64,000 bases of DNA from Sminthopsis crassicaudata (Eukaryota), in contig NC_133619.1 in assembly GCF_048593235.1 (NCBI RefSeq), forward strand, positions 165,678,454 to 165,742,453. Reading direction: 5' to 3'. The position numbers and the translations under genes were made by a program. Positions 22,343 through 33,014 of the stretch are shown here, one piece after another. The notes beneath the pieces are model-generated. The model worked only from the letters and a program-made list of their open reading frames with translations, was not told the origin of the DNA and searched no databases. Numbering within the stretch: position 1 is the first letter of the stretch; each line of letters begins with the position of its first letter.

Positions 22343-23350
22343 GGGTGGCCCTTTATGAAAAGTGAATGAGTGTAACACTGCCAGTGACACTCACTTTCTT
22401 TGTATTCCTGTTGAAATGATGAATAAAGTGTGATGATTTAAACCCAGAAACTCTGTCTATTTTGTTAATCCTTCTTTCCATAAAAAGGACAGCTCATTTT
22501 TTCTTCCCTTTGGGGCTGATCTTCCAGTACCTAATTGGGAAGGGGAGGCTGTTGGAAGAATAGGAGAAAAGAAAGGAGAAGGAAAAAACTTCCAAGTACA
22601 AAAGGAGGAAGAGCAAAATTTGGAATGCTAAATCGCAGTAGGAATATCTAAACAACCAAGCAGATAAGGAAGCAAAGATATAAAGAAAGAAAAGGAAGAA
22701 GCCTTTTCTTGGTTGAAAGTCTAGGCAGATGGGTAGGGAAAGTCTATTGCTCTGAGTGAGAGGGATCTACTGGAGGATCATAGCAGACTCAAAGATCTTG
22801 CAGGAAATAAGAAAATATAAGAGAGGTACAGGTAGAAAGGTGCTGTGAAGAATTGCAATAAATTAGTCCTCAATTGAGTAGGAAATTGAAGCCAGACGTT
22901 TTGCCAAATATGCTTTCATTTTTTCTCTTGTACAAGTTTCTGTACCTCTTCTCAGAGCTATCCCATTATGGAATACAAGCTAGAACATGGGTGATACTGT
23001 CACCATGTGTCTATGTTAAAGTCCCATTTTTCAAGCCAATTAAACACAAGTTGCAATATTTTGAAAATTTGAAGAGTAAAATCACTGTGGTCTAAAGTGC
23101 CTAGGTGTGAACAGCATTGTGTATCTGTAATTTCATTGGAGTATTTTTAAAAGGGGACCAATGGTGACAACACAGCCCCAGGGAAGACAGTTGAAGCACT
23201 ATGCAAAGTGGGAGTTCTCACCTTCTGAGCAGTAAATAAAAGAACCTGGATGAGGCAAACAATGAAAAATAAATAATAGGAACTCACTTCTCACTTCTTT
23301 GTGGCAAGAACCAAAAGGAGAAAGCAATCTTTTTTCTCAGTTGAATATCT

Positions 23351-24250
23351 TTTTTTTTTAATTAAAATATTTTAAATTATAGCTTTTCATATACAAAACA
23401 TATGCATGGGTAGTTTTTCAACATTGACCCTTGCAAAATTCTTTGTTTTAACTTTTCCCCTCCTTCCCTCCACCCTCTCCCCTAGATAGCAGGTAGTCCC
23501 ATAAATCTTAAATATGTTAAATTATATGTTTTGTTTTATAATATTATCCCTTGTATTCATTTTTCCAAATTATCCCCCCCTCCCTCCACTCCCACCCCTA
23601 GATGACAGGCAATCCCATACATATTACATGTGTTACAATATAACCTAGATACAATATATGTGTGTAAATACCATTTTCTTGTTGCACATTAAGTATTAGA
23701 TTCTGAAGGTATAAGTAACCTGGGTAGAGAGACAGTAGTGCTAACAATTTACATTCACTTCCCAGTGTTTCTTCTCTGGGTGTAGTTATTTCTGCCCATC
23801 ATTGATCACCTGGAAGTGAGTTGGATCTTCTCTATGTTGAAGATTTCCACTTCCATCAGAATACATCTTCATACAGCATTAAAGTGTACAGTGATCTTCT
23901 GGTTCTGTTCATTTCACTCAGCATCAGTTGATGTAAGTCTCTCCAAGCCTCTCTGTATTCCTCCTGCTGGTCATTTCTTACAGAGCAATAATATTCCATA
24001 ACCTTCATATACCATAATTTACCCAACCATTCTCCAATTGATGGGCATCCATTTGTCTTCCAGTTTCTAGCTACAACAAAAAGAGCTGCCACAAACATTT
24101 TGGCACATACAGGTCCCTTTCTGCTCTTTAGTATTTCTTTGGGATATAATCCCAATAGCAGTAATGCTGGGTCAAAGGGTATGCACAATTTGATAACTCT
24201 TTGGGCATAGTTCCAAATTGCTCTCCAGAATGGCTGGATTCTTTCACATC
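23351..24250 (-). mobile_element. 5'-truncated L1 (unit copy 4)
   Basis: Same element; TSD 23339-23350 and 24251-24262. Confidence 0.9.
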
Positions 24251-25139
24251 AGTTGAATATCTAAAAAGAAAGGAATCAGAAATAATGTCCTCCTAAAAAA
24301 TCTTTTATAAATATAAATGTGTCTTAATCTGATGATTGAGTCATAATTATAAAATGAGGCAAAAAATGTGAAATAAGGGGGTTGATATAGCAAAGGTTGA
24401 TACTTGTTTTCTTCATGAAAGCCATGGGTGGGAAGCAATTTCTGAAAAAAAAGATTTTGTTTGGGGTGGGGGAGGAAGGGTGGTGTGGGGGGAGGGTGTG
24501 GGTGTTGTGGTTGGGGGGGGCGGGATTTTTCGTTGCCATGTTTCCATCTCAGCACATCAGAGAGGTGATGTGTTGAGGCTTACAAATGAGAATGTTATTG
24601 CTAAGTGACCCAATAAGGAGATGTCTCCAAGTTCAAGGAGGGAGGGAAGGAGTTTTCTTCTCAAGAGTTGCTGACTCTGAAGGGTGGGATTAGAAGGAAG
24701 GTGAGAACTCAGCCCTCAAGCAGAGAGTGGAAATCCTCTCAAAAGACAAGAGTTCTCACCTTGTTGGGGGTGGAGTTAAGAGAAGGGCTAAGCAGAGGAA
24801 GAGAGATATAAAAGGCTCAACCAGCTCAGTGCCAAGGTCTTTTGCTGCCAGAGCACAAGGGCTGGAGCTAGCTCTCTCCCTACCTGAAAAGGAAGGAATC
24901 AGAGCTTTAGGAACATACATGCAAGAGTGTCATTAAAAACCTGCAGCTAGGTCTCACTTGCTTGCATCTGCCTGAACTTCCTCATTGACTGGGTGACTGA
25001 GAGTACAGAGTGTGTCTTCTCCAGGGCAGTGAGGGAGTCACTGAAACCTCAACCTGTGCAGAGGGCAGGGGAGTCATTCATCAGACAGGCTGACTTGCTG
25101 CTGAGCAGGAACCTGCATTCTCAGTGCACCACTGGCAAG

Positions 25140-26330
25140 ATGCTCCAACCTCACCTGCTGCAGAAAGAGCTGGGCCTCAGCACCTGTGATCAACATGGAG
25201 AACGAGCGATGTTCTTCTGTGAGGAAGACCAGAGAGCCCTCTGTGATTCCTGCTTATCAGCCCCAGAGCACAAGGACCACCAAGTCCTTCCCTTGGAGAC
25301 AGCAGCTGACAAGTGCAAGAACACGCTCCTGGAGATGTGCAGGATCTTACACACCAAAGAAGAGAAACTTCAAATTGCACTGGGCACACTGAGAAGAAGA
25401 GAGGCACAGGTCACAGAGCGTTCCAACACTTTGAAACAGTCAGCTTTTTCTGAATTTTGGAAAATTCAACAGTTCTTGAGGAATGAAAAATATGAATACC
25501 AAAAAAGATTGGTTAAGGTATCCAGAAGCAACCTGCTCCAACTAGAAGAGTATAAGAACAAGTTGTTCCAAGGAAAACAAAAGCTGCAACAAATGATGAT
25601 AGAAGTGGAGGAGAATTTGGACAAGATGCCCTTGGAAATGATCCAGGCTGTGCCAGGCACTTTGAAAAAAAAGGAAGAATTTTCACTCCAAAGGCCATTG
25701 TTTCCTTTCATTACCTGGCCTTTCTGCCCCATTACAGGCATGGCAGAATTTCTCATGAGTTTCCACAGGGATATAACTCTTGATCCTGAATCAGCCCATC
25801 CTCATCTCATCCTGTCTGAAGATTTGAAGAGCGTCCAGTATGGAAGCATTCGTCAAGACCTGCCTGACAACAAAGAGAGATTTGATTCTGTTCTCGGGGT
25901 TTTGGGAGCCCAGAAATTCACCTCAGGCAAACACTACTGGGAAGTAGAGGTGGGAGACAAGACAGAGTGGGTATTGGGCATCTGTAAAGATTCAGTCAGG
26001 AGAAAAGGGAAACTCTCATTTGAGGAGATAATGACCATTGCAGCATTCAGAGCTGGAAATGCTTTCTTCTTCTGTACTTCAGACAAGAAATTTCAATTGG
26101 CCTGGCCTCTGCACAAAGTGGGCATTTTTCTTGATTGGGAAAAGCAACAATTAGCATTTTATGATGTCACACACAGATCCCTTGTCCACAGGCAATCAAA
26201 CATCGATTTGGAAGGGCCTCTTCGCCCTTATTTCTCTCCTTGCCGTCCCAAGGAAAGAAGCACCCCTGGTTCACTCATCATTTGCCCCAAGAGTCCACAG
26301 GAGAGGCCTGCCACAGGTCCTAAATACTAA
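25140..26330 (+). CDS. TRIM type B copy 4, 396 aa
   Basis: Intact ORF; 8 residues differ from copy 3. Confidence 0.9.
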   Translation: MLQPHLLQKELGLSTCDQHGERAMFFCEEDQRALCDSCLSAPEHKDHQVLPLETAADKCKNTLLEMCRILHTKEEKLQIALGTLRRREAQVTERSNTLKQSAFSEFWKIQQFLRNEKYEYQKRLVKVSRSNLLQLEEYKNKLFQGKQKLQQMMIEVEENLDKMPLEMIQAVPGTLKKKEEFSLQRPLFPFITWPFCPITGMAEFLMSFHRDITLDPESAHPHLILSEDLKSVQYGSIRQDLPDNKERFDSVLGVLGAQKFTSGKHYWEVEVGDKTEWVLGICKDSVRRKGKLSFEEIMTIAAFRAGNAFFFCTSDKKFQLAWPLHKVGIFLDWEKQQLAFYDVTHRSLVHRQSNIDLEGPLRPYFSPCRPKERSTPGSLIICPKSPQERPATGPKY

Positions 26331-27339
26331 GGGTGGCCCTTTATGAAAAGGGAATGAGTGTAACACTGCCAGTGACACTCACTTTCTTTGTATTCCTGTT
26401 GAAATGATGAATAAAGTGTGATGATTTAAACCAAGAAACTCTGTCTATTTTGTTAATCCTTCTTTCCATAAAAAGGACAGCTCATTTTTTCTTCCCTTTG
26501 GTGGCTGATCTTCCAGTACCTAATTGGGAAGTGGAGGCTGTTGGAAGAATAGGAGAAAAGAAAGGAGAAGGAAAAAACTTCCAAGTACAAAAGGAGAAAG
26601 GGCAAAATTTGGAATGCTAAATCGCAGTAGGAATATCTAAACAACCAAGCAGATAAGGAAGCAAAGATATAAAGAAAGAAAAGGAAGAAGCCTTTTCTTG
26701 GTTGAAAGTCTAGGCAGATGGGTAGGGAAAGTCTATTGCTCTGAGTGAGAGGGATCTACTGGAGGATCATAGCAGACTCAAAGATCTTGCAGGAAATAAG
26801 AAAATATAAGAGAGGTACAGGTAGAAAGGTGTTGTGAAGAATTGCAATAAATTAGTCCTCAATTGAGTAGGAAATTGAAGCCAGACGTTTTGCCAAATAT
26901 GCTTTCATTTTTTCTCTTGTACAAGTTTCTGTACCTCTTCTCAGAGCTATCCCATTATGGAATACAAGCTAGAACATGGGTGATACTGTCACCATGTGTC
27001 TATGTTAAAGTCCCATTTTTCAAGCCAATTAAACACAAGTTGCAATATTTTGAAAATTTGAAGAGTAAAATCACTGTGGTCTAAAGTGCCTAGGTGTGAA
27101 CAGCATTGTGTATCTGTAATTTCATTGGAGTATTTTTAAAAGGGGACCAATGGTGACAACACAGCCCCAGGGAAGACAGTTGAAGCACTATGCAAAGTGG
27201 GAGTTCTCACCTTCTGAGCAGTAAATAAAAGAACCTGGATGAGGCAAACAATGAAAAATAAATAATAGGAACTCACTTCTCACTTCTTTGTGGCAAGAAC
27301 CAAAAGGAGAAAGCAATCTTTTTTCTCAGTTGAATATCT

Positions 27340-28239
27340 TTTTTTTTTAATTAAAATATTTTATATTATAGCTTTTCATATACAAAACATATGCATGGGT
27401 AGTTTTTCAACATTGACCCTTGCAAAATTCTTTGTTTTAACTTTTCCCCTCCTTCCCTCCACCCTCTCCCCTAGATAGCAGGTAGTCCCATACATCTTAA
27501 ATATGTTAAATTATATGTTTTGTTTTATAATATTATCCCTTGTATTCATTTTTCCAAATTATCCCCCCCTCCCTCCACTCCCACCCCTAGATGACAGGCA
27601 ATCCCATACATTTTACATGTGTTACAATATAACCTAGATACAATATATGTGTGTAAATACCATTTTCTTGTTGCACATTAAGTATTAGATTCTGAAGGTA
27701 TAAGTAACCTGGGTAGAGAGACAGTAGTGCTAACAATTTACATTCACTTCCCAGTGTTTCTTCTCTGGGTGTTGTTATTTCTGCCCATCATTGATCACCT
27801 GGAAGTGAGTTGGATCTTCTTTATGTTGAAGATTTCCACTTCCATCAGAATACATCTTCATACAGCATTGAAGTGTACAGCGATCTTCTGGTTCTGTTCA
27901 TTTCACTCAGCATCAGTTGATGTCAGTCTCTCCAAGCCTCTCTGTATTCCTCCTGCTGGTCATTTCTTACAGAGCAATAATATTCCATAACCTTCATATA
28001 CCATAATTTACCCAACCATTCTCCAATTGATGGGCATCCATTCGTCTTCCAGTTTCTAGCTACAACAAAATGAGCTGCCACAAACATTTTGGCACATACA
28101 GGTCCCTTTCCACTCTTTAGTATTTCTTTGGGATATAATCCCAATAGCAGTAATGCTGGGTCAAAGGGTATGCACAATTTGATAACTCTTTGGGCATAGT
28201 TCCAAATTGCTCTCCAGAATGTCTGGATTCTTTCACATG
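27340..28239 (-). mobile_element. 5'-truncated L1 (unit copy 5)
   Basis: Same element; TSD 27328-27339 and 28240-28251. Confidence 0.9.
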
Positions 28240-29126
28240 AGTTGAATATCTAAAAAGAAAGGAATCAGAAATAATGTCCTCCTAAAAAATCTTTTATAAA
28301 TATAAATGTGTCTTAATCTGATGATTGAGTCATAATTATAAAATGAGGCAAAAAATGTGAAATAAGGGGGTTGATATAGCAAAGGTTGATACTTGTTTTC
28401 TTCATGAAAGCCATGGGTGGGAAGCAATTTCTGAAAAAAAGATTTTGTTTGGGGTGGGGGAGGAAGGGTGGTGTGGGGGGAGGGTGTGGGTGTTGTGGTT
28501 GGGGGGGGGGGATTTTTCGTTGCCATGTTTCCATCTCAGCACATCAGAGAGGTGATGTGTTGAGGCTTACAAATGAGAATGTTATTGCTAAGTGACCCAA
28601 TAAGGAGATGTCTCCAAGTTCAAGGAGGGAGGGAAGGAGTTTTCTTCTCAAGAGTTGCTGACTCTGAAGGGTGGGGTTAGAAGGAAGGTGAGAACTCAGC
28701 CCTCAAGCAGAGAGTGGAAATCCTCTCAAAAGACAAGAGTTCTCACCTTGTTGGGGGTGGAGTTAAGAGAAGAGTTAAGCAGAGGAAGAGAGATATAAAA
28801 GGCTCAACCAGCTCAGTGCCAAGGTCTTTTGCTGCCAGAGCACAAGGGCTGGAGCTAGCTCTCTCCCTACCTGAAAAGGAAGGAATCAGAGCTTTAGGAA
28901 CATACATGCAAGAGTGTCATTAAAAACCTGCAGCTAGGTCTCACTTGCTTGCATCTGCCTGAACTTCCTCATTGACTGGGTGACTGAGAGTACAGAGTGT
29001 GTCTTCTCCAGGGCAGTGAGGGAGTCACTGAAACCTCAACCTGTGCAGAGTGCAGGGGAGTCATTCATCAGACAGGCTGACTTGCTGCTGAGCAGGAACC
29101 TGCATTCTCAGTGCACCACTGGCAAG

Positions 29127-30317
29127 ATGCTCCAACCTCACCTGCTGCAGAAAGAGCTGGGCCTCAGCACCTGTGATCAACATGGAGAACGAACGATGTT
29201 CTTCTGTGAGGAAGACCACAGAGCCCTCTGTGATTCCTGCTTATCAGCCCCAGAGCACAAGGACCACCAAGTCCTTCCCTTGGAGACAGCAGCTGACAAG
29301 TGCAAGAACACGCTCCTGGAGATGTGCAGCATCTTACACATCAAAGAAGAGAAACTTCAAATTGCACTGGGCACACTGAGAAGAAGAGAGGCACAGGTCA
29401 CAGAGCATTCCAACACTTTGAAACAGTCAGTTTTTTCTGAATTTTGGAAAATTCAACAGTTCTTGAGGAATGAAAAATATGAATACCAAAAAAGATTGGT
29501 TAAGGTATCCACAAGTAACCTGCTCCAACTAGAAGAGTATAAGAACAAGTTGTTCCAAGGAAAACAAAAGCTGCAACAAATGATGATAGAAGTGGAGGAG
29601 AATTTGGACAAGATGCCCTTGGAAATGATCCAGGCTGTGCCAGGCACTTTGAAAAAAAAGGAAGAATTTTCACTCCAAAGGCCATTGTTTCCTTTCATTA
29701 CCTGGCCTTTCTGCCCCATTACAGGCATGGCAGAATTTCTCATGAGTTTCCACAGGGATATAACTCTTGATCCTGAATCAGCCCATCCTCATCTCATCCT
29801 GTCTGAAGATTTGAAGCGCGTCCAGTATGGAAGCAAACGTCAAGACCTGCCTGACAACAAAGAGAGATTTGATTCTGTTCTCGGGGTTTTGGGAGCCCAG
29901 AAATTCACCTCAGGCAAACACTACTGGGAAGTAGAGGTGGGAGACAAGACAGAGTGGGTATTGGGCATCTGTAAAGATTCAGTCAGGAGAAAAGGGAAAC
30001 TCTCATTTGAGGAGATAATGACCATTGCAGCATTCAGAGCTGGAAATGCTTTCTTCTTCTGTACTTCAGACAAGAAATTTCAATTGGCCTGGCCTCTGCA
30101 CAAAGTGGGCATTTTTCTTAATTGGGAAAAGCAACAATTAGCATTTTATGATGTCACACACAGATCCCTTGTCCACATGAAATCAAACATCGATTTGGAA
30201 GGGCCTCTTCGCCCTTATTTCTCTCCTTGCCGTCCCAAGGAAAGAAGCACCCCTGGTTCACTCATCATTTGCCCCAAGAGTCCACAGGAGAGGCCTGCCA
30301 CAGGTCCTAAATACTAA
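29127..30317 (+). CDS. TRIM type B copy 5, 396 aa (most diverged)
   Basis: Intact ORF; 12 residues differ from copy 4. Confidence 0.9.
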   Translation: MLQPHLLQKELGLSTCDQHGERTMFFCEEDHRALCDSCLSAPEHKDHQVLPLETAADKCKNTLLEMCSILHIKEEKLQIALGTLRRREAQVTEHSNTLKQSVFSEFWKIQQFLRNEKYEYQKRLVKVSTSNLLQLEEYKNKLFQGKQKLQQMMIEVEENLDKMPLEMIQAVPGTLKKKEEFSLQRPLFPFITWPFCPITGMAEFLMSFHRDITLDPESAHPHLILSEDLKRVQYGSKRQDLPDNKERFDSVLGVLGAQKFTSGKHYWEVEVGDKTEWVLGICKDSVRRKGKLSFEEIMTIAAFRAGNAFFFCTSDKKFQLAWPLHKVGIFLNWEKQQLAFYDVTHRSLVHMKSNIDLEGPLRPYFSPCRPKERSTPGSLIICPKSPQERPATGPKY

Positions 30318-31007
30318 GGGTGGCCCTTTATGAAAAGTGAATGAGTGTAACACTGCCAGTGACACTCACTTTCTTTGTATTCCTGTTGAAATGATGAATA
30401 AAGTGTGATGATTTAAACCCAGAAACTCTGTCTATTTTGTTAATCGTTCTTTCCATAAAAAGGACAGGTCATTTTTTCCATTTTGGTGGCTGATCTTCCA
30501 GTACCTAATTTGAAAGGGGAGGCTGTTAGAAGAATAAGAGAAAAGCCCTGAGCAAAATAAAAGAGAAGGAAAAACTTCCAAGTACAAAAGGAGGAAGAGC
30601 AAAATTTGGAATGCTAAATCGCAGTAGGAATATCTAAACAACCAAGCAGATAAGAAGCAAAGAAATAAAGAAAGAAAAGGAAGAAACCTTTTCTTGGTTG
30701 AAAGACTAGGCAGATGTGTAGGGAAAGTCTATTACTCTGAGTGAGAGAGATCTACTGGAGGATCATAGCAGACTCAAAGATCTTGCAGGAAATAAGAAAA
30801 TATAAGAGAGATACAGGTAGAAAGGTGTTGTGAAGAATTGCAATAAATTAGTCCTCAATTGAGTAGGAAATTGAAGCCAGACGTTTTGCCAAATATGCTT
30901 TCATTTTTTCTTTCTGTTTTTCTAGGCTTCTCTTGTACAAGTTTCTGTACCTCTTTTCAGAGCTATCCCATTATGGAATACAAGCTAGATAGAACATTAG
31001 TGATACT

Positions 31008-31529
31008 TGATGAGTAATAAATGATAAGTAGTAAATGATGGTAAATTGTGGTTTAAACAGAGATGGATCTGTTTCCTTTTCTCTCTCTCCTTCCTTCCCC
31101 AAAGTAACCAATGGCGGGTTCAGCAGCAAAGGAATTTGCTACTTAATGCTGTATGGAAACATAGTCTTTATTGATTAGAATGGAAACACTGGAGAGCTGG
31201 TGGGCAAAATGGCTGCATGGTACAGGGCCATTTGCAAAGAGAAGATTCCCGTTCTCTCTTTTATGCAGTGATGTAGGGAGGTTCCTGAGAGTGATGTAAA
31301 TTAAGATAAGGATTCTCTTGTTATCTTTTGGGGACAGACAGAAATCTCTTCCCAAAAGGAATTTCCTGATGCCATTTGGTCTATCTGAGCAGATTAGAAT
31401 GGGGGCTGTAAAACCCTGGCCATCTCAGATAGCCCAAACTAGTTTGACCAGATCTTGTATCAAAGATCCAAGTCCCAAAGGAAGTTGGAGATCAAACAAA
31501 GAATACCAAAGGGGCTACCGCCCTCAACA
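31008..31529 (-). mobile_element. solo LTR (left member of an inverted pair)
   Basis: tgatgag...ctcaaca termini; 5-bp TSD ATACT at 31003-31007 and 31530-31534; removal restores the unit sequence gtgatactgtcacc. Confidence 0.9.
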
Positions 31530-31742
31530 ATACTGTCACCATGTGTCTAAGTTAAAGTCCCATTTTTCAAGCCAATTAAACACAAGTTGCAGTGTTTTGA
31601 AAATTTGAAGAGTAAAATCACTGTGGTCTAAAGTGGCTAGGTGTGAACAGTATTTGGTATCTGTAATTTCATTGGAGGGGACCAATGGTGACAACACAGC
31701 CCCAGGGAAGAGAGTTGAAGCACTTTGCAAAGTGGGAGTTCT

Positions 31743-32233
31743 TGTTGAGGGCGGTAGCCCCTTTGGTATTCTTTGTTTGATCTCCAACTGCATTTGGGAC
31801 TTGGACTTTGATGTGGTGAAACTAGTTTGGGCTATCTGAAGTGGCTGGGGTTTTACAGCCCCCATTCTAATCTGCTCAAACAGACCAAATGTCACAGAAG
31901 GGGAAGAGACTTCTGTCTCTACTCAAAAGAGAACAAGGGAATACTTATCTTAATTTACATCACTCTCAGGAACCTCCTTACATCACTGCATAAAAGAGAG
32001 AACAGGGATCTTCTCTTTGCAAATGGGCCTTGTACCATGCAGCCATTTTGCCCACCGGTTCCGGTGTTCCCATTCTAATCAATAAAGACTATGTTTCCAT
32101 ATAGCATTAAGTAGCAAATTCATTTGCTGTGAAACCCGCCATTGGTTACTTTGGGGAAGGAAGGAGAGAGAGAAAAGGAACTGACACATCTCTGTTTAGA
32201 CCACAATTTACTACTCATCATTTACTACTCATC
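31743..32233 (+). mobile_element. solo LTR of the same family (right member)
   Basis: Starts tgttgag; TSD GTTCT at 31738-31742 and 32234-32238; AATAAA at ~32081; reverse complement of 31008-31529 at roughly 85% by eye. Confidence 0.9.
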
Positions 32234-32444
32234 GTTCTCACATTTGGAGTAGTAAATAAAAGAACCTTCACGGGGCAAACAATGAAAAATAATAATAATA
32301 ATAATAGTAACTCACTTCTCAGATCTTTGTGACCAAACTTCCGGAGATAGGGAGAATCTAACAAGATTGAAAAACAAGGAAGAGCTCCTACTTAACAAAC
32401 CAGAGCTTTCTTACATTTCCTGTCCTACCTGCCCTGTCACAGGC

Positions 32445-33014
32445 ATGAGAGAAACGCTCATGAGTTTCCACAGGGATATAACTTTTGATCCTCAATCAAC
32501 CCATCCTCATCTCAATCTGTCTGAAGATTTGAAGAGTGTCCAGTATGGAAGCATCTGTCAAGACCTGCCTGACAACAAAGGGAGATTTGACGCTTCTCTT
32601 GTGGTTTTGGGAGCCCAGACATTCACCTCAGGAAAACACTATTGGGAAGTGGAGATGGGAGATAAGGCAGAGTGGGAATTGGGCATCTGTAAAGATTCAG
32701 TCAGGAGAAAGGACCTGATCTCCTCCTCATCTGGAGATATAAGTACCCTCATGGGCTTCATATCTGGCAATGGATTCTTCCTCTGGGATTCAGAAAAAGA
32801 TTGTCAATGCAGCTTACCTGTGCAAAAATTGGGCATTTTTCTGGATTATGAAATGAGCTATATAACATTTTATGATGTCATGGGCAGATCCCTTATCTAC
32901 AGTAACTCAAACATATATTGTGGAGGGCCTCTTTGCCCTTACTTCTCTCCTTACCTTCTCTATGGAGAAAGCACCACTGGTTCACTCATCATTTGCCCCA
33001 AGATTCCACAGTAG
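32445..33014 (+). CDS. TRIM type A, PRY-SPRY-only ORF, 189 aa from the first ATG (gene fragment or young pseudogene)
   Basis: TRIM homology starts abruptly at 32367 (TTG, not a real start); first ATG at 32445; full PRY-SPRY motifs; AATAAA at 33121. Confidence 0.6.
   Translation: MRETLMSFHRDITFDPQSTHPHLNLSEDLKSVQYGSICQDLPDNKGRFDASLVVLGAQTFTSGKHYWEVEMGDKAEWELGICKDSVRRKDLISSSSGDISTLMGFISGNGFFLWDSEKDCQCSLPVQKLGIFLDYEMSYITFYDVMGRSLIYSNSNIYCGGPLCPYFSPYLLYGESTTGSLIICPKIPQ

Larger units (their letters stand above)
10455..31007 (+). repeat. head-to-tail tandem array, unit ~3988 bp, five complete gene-bearing units plus partial flanks
   Basis: Equivalent ORF starts at 13028, 17017, 21005, 24993, 28980 (spacing 3989, 3988, 3988, 3987); near-identical sequence throughout; the last flank continues, interrupted by LTRs, to ~32330. 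Confidence 0.98.

Noticed and set aside
10455-31007. CRISPR-like or satellite interpretation of the periodicity
   Set aside because: The period is ~4 kb, contains a gene and has no repeat-spacer structure; the DNA is mammalian.
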